From an uncultured delta proteobacterium (GTDB lineage: Bacteria > Desulfobacterota > Binatia > UBA9968), in the NCBI GenBank assembly GCA_963745835.1, contig CAVUZH010000016.1, positions 480,001 to 544,000 of the forward strand: a stretch of 64,000 bases of DNA, read 5' to 3'. How positions within the stretch are numbered: position 1 is the first letter of the stretch; each line of letters begins with the position of its first letter. Made by a program: the position numbers and the translations under genes. Shown here in pieces: positions 21,452-32,361 of this stretch. The notes under the pieces are model-generated. The model did not search any database, was not told the DNA's origin, and was given only the letters and a program-made list of their open reading frames with translations.

Positions 21452-22478
21452 ATGAGCGTCATCGGGAAATACATCCAGAGGAGCGTCTTTACGCTCGTCT
21501 TTGTTCTTTTTGCTTCTTCTGCTTGGGCACAGTCAGCAAGTATGGACGAGCTTTACAAGAAAGCGCTGAAGGAAGGCGGTACATTAAATTTCTATGGGAC
21601 GTTGGCGCAGATCAGCGCTGACAAAGTTCTGCCGGTAGTTCGAAAAACGCTTCCCCGGCATCAAGATCAATCATGTGGATGCCACTTCCGACAAAATGGT
21701 TGCGCGGGCCATCGCCGAAGCGCGCGGGCGGTAAAACGATAGGCGACGTATTACAAATCAACTTGGACGATACGGTTCATGCGTACGAGCAAAAGTCTAT
21801 TAGCGGAAGTTCGCTATTCCTGAGGCCAGGAATATCCCGACGGCATGAAGGGAAGCTTCTGGATCCCGTCCGACATGGACATTTTACATTGCCGGCTGGA
21901 ACACCAACCTGGTCAAGAAAGAGGAGGAGCCAAAGGAATTCGACGACTTTGCCGACCCTAAATGGAAAAACCGATTGATTGCCGAGCCAACCGACGAGGA
22001 AGTGCTGATTGGTTTGGCCAAGTATAAGTTCAAAAGCGATGAAAAGGCAATTGCATCTGATGAAGAAAATCGCCGCCAACAATCCGGAATTTCACAAGGG
22101 TCATTCCCAGTTGGCCGAACTTCTGAGCTCCGGGCAAGCCGCAGCTTGCTTTACCTGCTTTTCACAGCACTTTCCAGCCCGAATACAAAAAGGGTGCTCC
22201 GCTGAATTATATGCTGACAGAAGGCGTTGCGTCGATTGGCGCAACGGCGGTATTCAAGAACGCGCCCCATCCAAACACGGCCCTGTTGTTCGTCCGCTGG
22301 ATATCCAGCCAGGAGGGACAAAAAATGATGGCAGATCGCTGGGCGAACCCCTGCGCACCCAAAGGTTGAGCCGGTGAACAAGACCAGGACGGAGAAAATC
22401 TACCCTATCAGCGTCGCTGACATAAAAGAGTATCCCAAGTACGAAAAAATCTGGAAAGACATATTTAAGCTGCGCTAA
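21452..22478 (+). CDS. ABC substrate-binding protein, Fe3+/AfuA-like (several frameshifts)
   Basis: AGGAGG RBS and signal peptide; ALKEGGTLNFYG, WNTNLVK..PK.FDDF.DPKWK, KNAPHPNTALLFVRW..SQEGQ spread over shifting frames. Confidence 0.75.
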
Positions 22479-22594
22479 GACTTACGTCGATTTATTCGCT
22501 GGTGGCGGATCGGACGATAATAGGCGTCGAGGTAACACCACAGCGCGACCGCGCTCTTTTGAAACCGGCACAAGAGAATTTTAGGTCTCGCTAC

Positions 22595-23880
22595 TTACAA
22601 TTCATCTTGACTGCGATTGCTTCCGGGTCCGAGCTGACCTGCTTTGACCGATTCAACAATCGTTTGCTTTCTTAAGTCGATCACCACCACTTCATCGCTG
22701 CTCTCGCAGCCGACAAAGCGCATTCGTTATCCGGGCTGAAGGCCAGGTGCGCCGGCGCTGGACCGACTTGCAGCCTTGCTCGTATTTCGTGCTGGCGAGC
22801 ATCGATGATGCAGACGCTGGACTCGCCGGTGTTCGAGACCACAAGCCAATCGCCGTCCGTGCTAAACGCGAAGAAGTGCGGATAGATACCTACCGGGATA
22901 CTGGCGATGACATGATGGTTGTGACAATTCCACACCGTCAGATTATCGGATGCAAAATTGGCGACGTATCCGTAACGCCCATCCGGACTAATCACCGGAA
23001 GATGCGCCCCTCGCCCGGCCGGTATCGATAGGACGACCTCATGACTTCCGACATCGATAACCGTCACGTCATCCGATACGGTGTTCGCCACATAGGCGAA
23101 GCGGTTCTCTTGATCGAAGACGATATGCCCCGGGCCCAGACCAACTTTAATCTCGCCGGCAACGGAATAGTTCCGGCCATCGATGACCGTGACCGTATGC
23201 GAAGCCGAATTGGGCTGATAAGCCCAGCGGCTGTCCGGAGAAACCGCGATGTCGTGTGGCGCGATGCCAACCGCAACCCTTGCGCGAAGCTCGCCATCGG
23301 CGCCGAGCACTGTGACCGCCCGTTCCGGCCCGCTCGGCAAATAAACGGCGTTCCCGTTCGAAGCGACGCAGGGAAGCAGTGGACGCTTGCCCGTTGAGAC
23401 TGTCGTCAGCACTTGATCCGCGGTCGTGTCGATGATCGTCACGTCGTTCGAGCCGCTGTTAGCGACGTAAAGTCGTTTCCCGTCGCCGGACAATTCCAGA
23501 TGCGATGGATCGTCGCCGGTAGGAATGTGTTTTTTCAAACGCCGCGTCGCGCCATCGATGACCGCGACCCGATTGTCAGTCGTATTTGCATAAACACGGC
23601 CGTCGTCATGGCTCACGACTGAGTGCGCGCCTCGAAGTCCTGTGCGCGGAGTCGATCCATCGGGATCGAGGGTCAAGGTAAAACCGCCGCCCTCTTGCTC
23701 CAATCCGACCCGGTAGCCGCGCTCCAGCAGAGAGATGTACTGCCGCACGGGCAATTCATGCACCCGGGCTCGCACTAAGGCGCGTTTGCCGCGCAGAAAT
23801 ACGTGTTGCTCTTTCAAGCGAGCTACCTGCTGATCTGCGGTCAATTCGGCGAGATCAAGATGAACCGTTTGCAAAGACAT
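22595..23880 (-). CDS. YVTN-type beta-propeller protein with small N-terminal domain (frameshift near 22720)
   Basis: Repeated blades YVANSGSNDVTIID, YVANTVSDDVTVID, YVANFASDNLTVW; last blade VGCESSDEVVVID lies in the shifted frame and ends at the TAA at 22595; no signal peptide. Confidence 0.85.
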
Positions 23881-23904
23881 GGGAATGCTTCCTCCCTCAT
23901 CACT

Positions 23905-25227
23905 TCATGAGTTTGCTTGTTCGGGGATTTTCTTCATCGGCGGCCGCAACATCAGGCTGAGAAACGCCGATGTAATCAGTGCCGCGCCGAAAAGCATGAA
24001 AGAAAGATCGTAGGCGCCGGTGAGATCGAACAGGAACCCGAAGAAAGGCGGACCCAAAGCGGCCACAGTCTGTGAAATGAGCAGACCCAGGCCGCGAACT
24101 TTTCCGAGTGAACGACGGCCAAAGTAGTCTGCCCAGAGAATATCGGGAAGAACCATGTTGCCTCCCAAGCCAATGCCGTAAAGAAGAAATCCGGCATAGA
24201 GGCAGAAGAGATTGTCGGTCATGACCGCCAGTCCGAGACCGATCCCCTGTACAATGAACCGCAATGTGGCCGCAAAGCGCGTGTCGATTCGTTCGGCGAG
24301 AATCCCCCAGGCTATCGGCGAGGCAAGCTGCATCGATGCGATCACGCTCATCACAGTGGCGGCGACAACCGGCGGATGACCCAAATCATTTACGTACGGG
24401 AACACGTGCAGATTCAAGCCCGTCACTCCGATGCTGGAAATCCCGAAGGTAACCACGAGCAGCCAAAACGCCTGAGTGTGTAGCGCTTCATTTCGTGTCC
24501 ATTCGACATCGTCGCGGAGCGCTTGGGATGTGATCGAAGGAGTCTTGGCTGTGTGGGTGACCGGCTCATCTTTCGGAGCCGCTGACAAAGCACCGTCGGG
24601 ATTGAGCCCCATGTCTTCCGGCGAACGGCGCACGATCAGCAGGGCCGGTCCGACTACCAGAACCAACGTGACAATCCCGAATACCAGCCAAGTCTGGCGC
24701 CATCCAAGCCAAACGATCAATGATGCCGCCAGCACAGGCATGCCCACCTTGGCAAAACCGATACCCATGCTGGTAAGCGCCAGCGCCCGGCCGCGCTTGC
24801 GCAAAAACCAATGGGCAATCGCCAGATTGATTACGATATAGCCCATGAACGAATCGCCTATGGTGATGAGACTCAAGCGCACGATGCTAAACTGGACAAA
24901 ATTATCGACGTGGCTGAGCACAATGTAGCCGAGGCTGGCGATGATCGCGCCTAAGACCATCAGCCAGCGACCGCCATAACGATCCATCAACGTGCCGATC
25001 ACCGGCGCCAGAAATGCCGCAATCAGCCCTTCGCCCGAACGGAGCAAAGAGAAAACGCCGCGCGAGACGCCCAGATCGGCAGTCAAAGGTTTCAGAAACA
25101 CGCTCATGGTGCTGGCGAGAGAAAAAGCCGAGGCAACGTTGGCGAGAAAACCGACGCCGACGATGTACCAACCGTAGAAGAACTTCTGTTTGGCTGCGGG
25201 ATGCGCCTGCTCGATGGTCGATTCCAC
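23905..25227 (-). CDS. MFS transporter (OFA-like)
   Basis: FFYGWYIV, GTLMDRYGGR, WFLRKRGRAL, PEDMGLNPDG, ADYFGRRSLG; 12 TMs. Confidence 0.9.
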   Translation of the reverse strand: MESTIEQAHPAAKQKFFYGWYIVGVGFLANVASAFSLASTMSVFLKPLTADLGVSRGVFSLLRSGEGLIAAFLAPVIGTLMDRYGGRWLMVLGAIIASLGYIVLSHVDNFVQFSIVRLSLITIGDSFMGYIVINLAIAHWFLRKRGRALALTSMGIGFAKVGMPVLAASLIVWLGWRQTWLVFGIVTLVLVVGPALLIVRRSPEDMGLNPDGALSAAPKDEPVTHTAKTPSITSQALRDDVEWTRNEALHTQAFWLLVVTFGISSIGVTGLNLHVFPYVNDLGHPPVVAATVMSVIASMQLASPIAWGILAERIDTRFAATLRFIVQGIGLGLAVMTDNLFCLYAGFLLYGIGLGGNMVLPDILWADYFGRRSLGKVRGLGLLISQTVAALGPPFFGFLFDLTGAYDLSFMLFGAALITSAFLSLMLRPPMKKIPEQANS

Positions 25228-25469
25228 ATCTAGCCTTTAACAGGAATCAAACTGGACATCCAATTAACAACTGATTTGTTAAATTTGCAAGCAAGCGCGG
25301 CGTAAACTTTGCTCGGTAGGTTACTCAACGCAAACCTAAAAAGATCAGGAACCGCAATGCCATTGGCTATCAGGCTCGCCGGAGATTGTCGCAGCAGGGC
25401 GAGTGACTGCTGGCGGCGCTCCCGTTTATGCGATAGCCTCGTTTAAGATCTGTAAAGGACCGATCTCAC

Positions 25470-26183
25470 ATGAATCTATCAATACTTATAATAAGTCTCC
25501 TTCTGCTGGGATCGAGCGTCCACGCGCAAGAAAATACCGGCATCAGACCGCCGTCAGTCACCGCCCAAGGCGAAGCAGTCATCACCGCGGAGCCAGACCA
25601 GGCGCAAATCGACATCGGGGTCCTCACCCAGGCGCGCAATGCCCCGGATGCAGCCAAAGAAAACGCCGAGAAGCTTAGCCGTGTGCTGGCGCAGATCAAG
25701 AAGATCCTCGGCAAAGGCGACGAGGTTAAAACGACCGGATATTCGTTAAATCCCAATTACCGTTATCCCCAAGGTGGCAAGCCGGAAATAACCGGCTACA
25801 CAGCCGCTAATGTTTTGCAGATCAGAACGGGGAATTTGGCAGAGGTCGGCAAGCTAATCGACGCAGGCATGCAATCCGGCGCCAATCAGATCAACCGCCT
25901 TGTTTTCACATTGAAAGATGATCATTCAGCGCAAGTTCAGGCGCTGCGCATGGCAGCGCAGAAGGCGCAATCGAAGGCGGAAGAAATGGCCGGTTCCCTA
26001 GGGTTAAAAGTCGTTAGGGTCCTTTCTCTGACGGAAAATGAACGAGGAGTTCGCCCGATTATAGCGCAGACACGCGGCATGCAAGCGGAAGCACTTTCGT
26101 CCGCCGCACCGACACCGGTCGAGGCCGGCACCATTGAGGTGCGCTCGTCAGTGATCCTGAGCGCCGAGATCGGTCCGCGCTAA
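25470..26183 (+). CDS. SIMPL domain (DUF541/YggE/BP26) periplasmic protein
   Basis: Signal peptide; VTAQGEA..AEPD, YSLNPNY, ITGYTAAN, GANQI, PVEAGTIEV. Confidence 0.9.
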   Translation: MNLSILIISLLLLGSSVHAQENTGIRPPSVTAQGEAVITAEPDQAQIDIGVLTQARNAPDAAKENAEKLSRVLAQIKKILGKGDEVKTTGYSLNPNYRYPQGGKPEITGYTAANVLQIRTGNLAEVGKLIDAGMQSGANQINRLVFTLKDDHSAQVQALRMAAQKAQSKAEEMAGSLGLKVVRVLSLTENERGVRPIIAQTRGMQAEALSSAAPTPVEAGTIEVRSSVILSAEIGPR

Positions 26184-26223
26184 GCGCTGACATTTTCCGC
26201 AACAGCAGCACTCAGTCTTTCCC

Positions 26224-26308
26224 TGAAACGGTTTGAACGTTTTGAATGACTTGAACTGCTTAAACCTCTTTGCCTCAGCTCTGATTTTGAACCGTGGAAC
26301 GGTTGAAC
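26224..26308. repeat. Short-period TTGAAC tandem repeat
   Basis: TTGAAC-like cores at 26224, 26233, 26242, 26251, 26260 (9-nt period) and at 26287, 26295, 26303 (8-nt period). Confidence 0.75.
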
Positions 26309-26314
26309 GATTGC

Positions 26315-27760
26315 CTATCGAAACTCCGGCCTATCTTTTAAATAATGCTCACGCATCTTCGGCCGGTACCGTTCCATCAAATCTCGATTCAAATCCAGCG
26401 GCGGTTTTTGGTCCGGCGGCAGTAAAGGTCGATACTCGACGTCGCCGATTTCTTGCTTGAAGGTTTCCTTGGCTTTGACAACAATTTGCGGATCCAGCAA
26501 CAAATCGATGGCCGATGCCGCCATAGCCTTAGCTCCGGCCACCGCGCCTTTGTGCGCGATCGACGTCGCCAGAGACACGCCGGCGGACCAGTGATGGTAC
26601 GACACGCCGGGGATATTCGAGGGAAAGCTGATCAGCCCCGTCGGCACCACCCACGAGACCTCGCCCGAATCGTTGGCCGAAACCGATTGCACACATTCTT
26701 TGAGCGGCGCAACCTTGGTGGGCATGCCAGTTGGCTTTGCCTTTACTTTGGTCTGAACCTCATGGACTAACTTCTGCTCGCCGTCTGTCCACTGCGGCAT
26801 GCCGATCTCTTCTATGTTTCGTTGAATTACCTCCGCAAGCGTTCGATTGGCCCGGGTCGGCCAGACCGCGCTGAGGACGTTCACATCGTAGGAGGTCTCG
26901 GTCATCATCGCCGCGCCTTGGGCAACACGCTTGGCTTTTTCAAACAGCGCGCGGGTCTTCTCAGCCGTGGCTTCACGGAAAAACCACCAGATCGTCGATC
27001 GATTGGGAATGACATTGGGCTGATCGCCGCCGTTGGTGATCACCCGATGGCTGCGCTGAGTCGGCTCCAAATGCTCTCGCAGCTTATCCCAGCCGATATC
27101 CATCAGCACCGCCGCATCCAAAGCATCGCGGGCGTTCCACGGCGCCGTGGCGGCATGGGCGCTCTGTCCTTTGAAAGTGAACTCAGCGGAAATGAGCGCA
27201 TACTGTCGCAAGCCGTAAACGGTGCCAAGCTCTTTGCCGATATGATCATGCAGCGCCACATCGACATCTTTGAAATAGCCATCGCGGACAAAATACGGCC
27301 GGCTGACCAGTTGCTCTTCCGCGGGGGCCCCGAAAACTTTCAGTGTGCCTTTGAGGCCGAACTCATCGATGGTCTTTTTGATCGCCAACGCCGCGCCGAT
27401 CATCACCGCGCCATTGACGTTGTGTCCCTCGGTATGGCCCGGCGCGCCATCGACAATCGGCGTCGGCTCCGCCACACCGGGCGCCTGGGAGCACCCCGGA
27501 GTCGCATCGAATTCCGTGTGCAGCGCAATCACCGGTTTGCCAGACCCGTAACTGGCTATGAACCCCGTCGGCATTCCGGATGGATTGCGCTCGATGGTGA
27601 ATCCGGCTTTCTCGAGGATCTGCATCATCAATCCGGAGGTCTCGAACTCCTGCATGCCGAGCTCGGCAAAGTAAAAGATGTTGTCGCACAAGAGCGCAAT
27701 CGGTTCACTGTTGCGCTCGATGTTTTCCACGGCAAACTTCTTTGCTCGACCACCTTCCAT
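26315..27760 (-). CDS. M20D amidohydrolase, AbgB (p-aminobenzoyl-glutamate hydrolase B)-like
   Basis: FAELGMQEFETS, GSGKPVIAL.TEFDA.PG, GHTEGHN, PAEE, GQSAHAA.APW, GGDQPNVIP, HHW..AHKG. Confidence 0.9.
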   Translation of the reverse strand: MEGGRAKKFAVENIERNSEPIALLCDNIFYFAELGMQEFETSGLMMQILEKAGFTIERNPSGMPTGFIASYGSGKPVIALHTEFDATPGCSQAPGVAEPTPIVDGAPGHTEGHNVNGAVMIGAALAIKKTIDEFGLKGTLKVFGAPAEEQLVSRPYFVRDGYFKDVDVALHDHIGKELGTVYGLRQYALISAEFTFKGQSAHAATAPWNARDALDAAVLMDIGWDKLREHLEPTQRSHRVITNGGDQPNVIPNRSTIWWFFREATAEKTRALFEKAKRVAQGAAMMTETSYDVNVLSAVWPTRANRTLAEVIQRNIEEIGMPQWTDGEQKLVHEVQTKVKAKPTGMPTKVAPLKECVQSVSANDSGEVSWVVPTGLISFPSNIPGVSYHHWSAGVSLATSIAHKGAVAGAKAMAASAIDLLLDPQIVVKAKETFKQEIGDVEYRPLLPPDQKPPLDLNRDLMERYRPKMREHYLKDRPEFR

Positions 27761-28005
27761 AATCGGTCTCCTATCCAATAAACGTGCTCTATTTCGATGG
27801 ATATCACGGAGCGTGCAACAAGTTAAAGTCGACCCTTACTCTACTCGAGTATCTCGACCATTTCGCCGCGTCACACAATCAAACCGGTTACATGATGCCG
27901 ACGAGCGTCACAGGGCTAGCTAAACGGCTTAGAGGAGTTAGAATTTGTAATATCACTACGCTCAAGGCGCACTAAACCTACCATTTTACTATCGAAGTAG
28001 AATCA

Positions 28006-28561
28006 ATGAATAAAAACATAACCCGCGAAGCTGGCGACATGGCCGACGTCGTTGAGAGAAACATTCAAGCCTTACTGTCCCGGCGTAACCAGGAGGAAAA
28101 GACAAAAGGCGTTCAAGACCGAATAGCGGATGCGAATAAGCCGCTTTGCCGGCAGCATGATTTTTGTCTACATACACCTAATCGTTTTTGGCGTTTGGAT
28201 CATTGTTAATCTCGGATGGACACCGTTACCAACCTTTGACCCCACCTTCGTGGTTTTGGCGATGTTCGCATCTGTAGAAGCGATTTTTCTTTCGACTTTC
28301 GTGCTGATCACGCAGAATCGAATGGCGGCGCAGGCCGACCGTCGCGCCGACCTCGACCTGCACATCAGTCTTTTGGCTGAACACGAAGTAACCCGGTTGA
28401 TCAGCCTCGTCACCACCATAGCCGAGCGCATGGGAATAGAACCGGCATCCGACCACCCGGAGTTGGCGGAATTGGAGAAAGATGTTGATCCGGAAAAGGT
28501 CTTGGAGAAAATCGAAGAGACAGAGTCAAATATGACTAAGAAAGCTTTGGATCAACTTTAA
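28006..28561 (+). CDS. DUF1003 membrane protein (frameshift near 28135)
   Basis: QDRIAD + ISRFAGSMIFVYIH, FDPTF..SVEAIFLSTFVLITQNR, SLLAEHE. Confidence 0.85.
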
Positions 28562-28620
28562 GCACGCTTGCGGATCCACGCCAAACCCCCGACACATCAG
28601 GTGCACCCTCGACCGCAATC

Positions 28621-29500
28621 CTAAGCCAATTTTCCCGGATCTTTGTAATAGTTCTTATAATACCACTCGGCGATTTCTCCACTGGTTGTGCGCCAGACGC
28701 CGTCATGAGAGCAAATGTAGTCGAGCGCCTTCTCCAGATAGGAAATTCGAAACGGCAGGCCGATGACGAACGGATGCAGCGGCAGGCAAAGCACCCGGCC
28801 GCCGGAAAGGCTGTCTCGGTAAAGCGTGTCAAAGTGATCGCACACCATCCGGTAATATTGTTCGGCCGTGTGGTTCTCGCGATTGAAGACCCGGATGTCG
28901 TTAACACCGAGCTCATAGGGCACGACGATCATTCTTCCTGTCTTCACCCGCATCGGTGTGGGCTGCTCGTCGTTGCCCCAATCGCAAACGTATTCGAATC
29001 CTTCGGCGGCGAGATGATCCGGCGTGTCGAATGTCTCGCCCAGTCCGGGACCTAGCCAGCCTTTCGGCTCTTTGCCCGTCGATGCAGTGATAATCTCTTT
29101 AACCTTGTGGATGATGCCACGCTCTTCATCAACCGAGTAATCGAGCATCGACACGCTGTTGGTCAAACCGTGTCCGAGCCATTCCCAGTTCCGTTTATTG
29201 CCTTCTGCAATAATCTCGGGATGGTGTTCGCAAACCTCGGCATTGAGCAGAACGCTGGCACGTATTCCGAATTTATCGAGCACATTCATGATCCGGAATA
29301 CGCCCACCCGTGATCCATAGTCGCGCAGAGTATAGCCCGGCACGTCCGGCTTATGATTGCTGCCTGAGCCGCGAATCGGCATGTCGAAATGAAAGTATTC
29401 AATATTGGGCGCCACCCAGAGGGCGATGCGGCCATTGTCGGGCCAGGCGATTTTTTCTCGACCGGATGATCGGACTGTAATCGTAGCGCGGATTTTTCAT
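28621..29500 (-). CDS. Polysaccharide deacetylase / PuuE-like hydrolase (frameshift near 29465)
   Basis: AAGGAG RBS; MKNPRYDYSPI..WPDNGRIALWVAPNIE, DYGSRVG, EWLGHG, GWLGPG, DWGNDEQP, LPLHPF. Confidence 0.85.
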
Positions 29501-29596
29501 TGATCGCTTACTCCTTCGCGATAACTAATTAGTCTGGTTAGAAAGTAAAGTACGTCATTCACAGATACTTGTCGCGGTTCTTCTACAAATATTCAT

Positions 29597-29626
29597 TTGA
29601 CACATCATTGCGGCGTTTGCTACAAG
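29597..29626 (+). promoter_or_regulatory. Putative sigma70 promoter for the actP-like operon
   Basis: TTGACA-N18-TACAAG with TGn extended -10. Confidence 0.5.
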
Positions 29627-29807
29627 CCGTCCAGAGCCCGTTCACTGCGTTTCGCATGGCCATCTCTAAAAGCTGTGGCGCAGTGATGATCCCCACCCCA
29701 AAGCGTGGCGGCCCGGTGCAGGCGCACGCTTTGAAAGGCTTACATCTGCCGCTATGACCGGTTTGGCTTCAAGGTGACAGGAAACGATTAGCATCGAGGA
29801 GGTGCTC

Positions 29808-30078
29808 ATGGCCGATCTCACAGAGGAGCAGCGAAAGTCGTATTGGCGTTACAACATCAAACTCACCACCATTCTCCTGGTCATTTGGTTCGTCGTGACC
29901 TACCTTATCTCCGGACTCTGGGCGGGTTGGCTCAATCAGTTCTCGTTTCCTAGGATTCCCACTCGGCTACTACATGGCGGCGCAGGGATCGCTGGCGATC
30001 TTCGTCATCGAGATCGCGGTGTATGCCTATCTGATGAACAAGCTCGACAAAGAGTACGGCATTGTGGAGGGAGATTGA
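29808..30078 (+). CDS. DUF4212 small membrane partner of solute symporter (frameshift near 29950)
   Basis: GGAGG RBS; YWRYNIKLT..LVIWFVV + PLGYYMAAQGS..MNKLDKEYG. Confidence 0.85.
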
Positions 30079-30080
30079 CC

Positions 30081-32010
30081 ATGAGCCTGGCAAAAATCTT
30101 CACTTATTACACCATCGGATTTATTGGCGTAACGATTCTGATCGGCATTGCCGAACAGTTGTTTGGTTTGCCGCCTAATTGGATCGGTTGGATCTTTATG
30201 GGCCTGTCGCTGGGTATCTATATCGTTATCGGAATCGTCACCCGCACTTCCAACCCCGACCAATACTATGTCGCTGGACGGGGCGTTCCCTCCGTCTTTA
30301 ACGGCATGGCCACCGGTTCCGATTGGATGTCGGCCGCTTCTTTTATCTCGATGGCCGGGGCGCTTTCGGCACAAGGCTTCGCCGGTCTCGCTTACGTCAT
30401 GGGTTGGACCGGCGGTTATTTATTACTCGCTGTCTTTCTCGGCCCTTACTTGCGCCAGTTCGGCGCCTATACCATTCCGGATTTTCTCGGCGCGCGTTAC
30501 GGCGGCAATTTCGCCAGAATCATCGGCGTCGTCGCCGCGATCGCCTGCTCGTTTACCTACCTGATCGCCCAGGTGACCGGCGTCGGCCTGATTGTCTCGC
30601 GCTTTATCGGCTTGGATTTCAATATCGGCGTGTTCGTCGGCCTGATCGGCGTCTTGTTTTGTTCGGTTTTAGGCGGCATGAAGTCCGTGACTTGGACCCA
30701 GGTCGCTCAGTACATCATTCTGATCGTTTCCTATCTGGTGCCGGTAGTCTATCTGTCATACCAGCTTTTCGCGATTCCGATACCCGAGCTGACTTACGGC
30801 CGGCGTGCTGCAGACCAATAATGCCAAAGCCATCGAGATCACCCGGGATGCCAGGGAGAAGGAGACCCGTGCGCTGTGGGCAAAGGAGGCGGAGCAGGCC
30901 AATGCCAAGCTCAAGGCAGGCAACGTCGATGAAGCGACCGCCGAGAAACTCAAGGCGGACGCAAAAATTGCAACCCAGCAGGCGACCGCCCCCGCAGCCA
31001 GCGACGATGCCACGATCGGTCGTTATCTGACAGTGCCAACCGGCGTCGGCATGTGGAATTTTCTGGCCTTGACCTTTTGTCTGATGGTAGGCACCGCCGG
31101 CCTGCCCCATATTCTCACTCGTTATTACACAACGCCGTCCGTGCGCCAGGCGCGGACATCGGTGGCGTGGTCGCTGTTCTTTATTTTCCTGCTCTATTTC
31201 ACTGCGCCGGCCTATGCGGCTTTCGCCCGGTTTGTCATTTACGCGCGCTTGGTCGGAACGCAGATTGCCGAGTTACCGCGTTGGGTAACGCTTTGGCAGC
31301 CCGCCGGTCTTTTCGAGGTCATCGATAAAAACGGCGATGGCATCGTTCAGTGGGCGGACTTCGTGGTCAAATCCACCGACTTCGTCGTCTTGTCGATGCC
31401 GGAGGTCGCCGGCCTGCCGTTTGTCATCACCGGCCTGGTGATGGCCGGCGGCCTGGCGGCGGCGCTGTCTACGGCAGACGGCTTGCTGTTGACCATCGCC
31501 AACGCCTTCTCACACGATCTCTACTATAACGTCATCGATCCCCAAGCGTCGCTGGCCAAAAGGCTCATGATCACCAAGGTTTTGCTGGTAATAACCGCGC
31601 TGGTAGCGGCTTGGGTGTCAACTTTCCGTGTCGCCATCATAGTCGAGCTGGTCGCGTGGGCTTTTAGTTTGGCGGGCGCATCCTTCTTTCCCGCTCTGGT
31701 CATGGGCATCTGGTGGCGTCGCGCCAACAAGGCCGGGGCTTGCGCCGGCATGATCGCGGGTCTCGCGGTGACCGCCTATTATATGATCGGCAGCCGCTTC
31801 TACGGCATTTCATGGTTTGGCACTCAGACCATTGCCTCGGCGGTTTTCGGACTACCGGTAGGTTTCCTGACGATCTGGATCGTGTCGCTCTTGACCGAGG
31901 CGCCACCCAAGCCTGTTCAGGATCTGGTGGCAAGCGTTCGTTATCCCAAATCCGGGCAGGCTATAACCTCCGATCCATTAGGCCGCGGGGTACCGATCGG
32001 CGCGCGCTAG
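30081..32010 (+). CDS. actP: Sodium/solute symporter, ActP/VC_2705-like (frameshift near 30800)
   Basis: YYVAGR, NGMATGSDWMSAASF, GWTGG, FGAYTIPDF, GGMKSVTWTQVAQY, GTAGLPHIL, GGLAAALSTADGLL. Confidence 0.88.
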
Positions 32011-32055
32011 AGTTGTGTCCACGCGAGGGACGAGGAGACCTCGCGTGGACTTTTT

Positions 32056-32352
32056 ATGAACGGATTTGTCTTGCAGCTGGTCGTCCTCCTGCGCTTTATC
32101 TGTTTCATCGCCCTATTCTATTTGATGCTGCATATCCTGGTGTCGCGGATCATCAAAAGACCCGAACACAAAGTTCTTTGGTTTTTCTCGGTATTGACCG
32201 GGCCGCTTACTCGACCCGTCAGAGTTTGGCTTTCGGGCGACGTGCCTGAACAGCGATTGCGATGGATAGCCTTGATGTTCTACGGAGTGCTGTGGCTGGT
32301 TGCCGTCGCGCTGACCAGACTGTTATCCGGTTCATCGCCACAGTCGCTTTAA
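32056..32352 (+). CDS. Small membrane protein (YggT-like)
   Basis: Two TMs flanking FFSVLTGPLTRPVR; lies within the actP operon. Confidence 0.65.
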   Translation: MNGFVLQLVVLLRFICFIALFYLMLHILVSRIIKRPEHKVLWFFSVLTGPLTRPVRVWLSGDVPEQRLRWIALMFYGVLWLVAVALTRLLSGSSPQSL

Positions 32353-32361
32353 GCCGATTGA

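Noticed and set aside
26224-26308. CRISPR array
   Set aside because: The units are 8-9 nt with no spacers, and there are no cas genes in the window.
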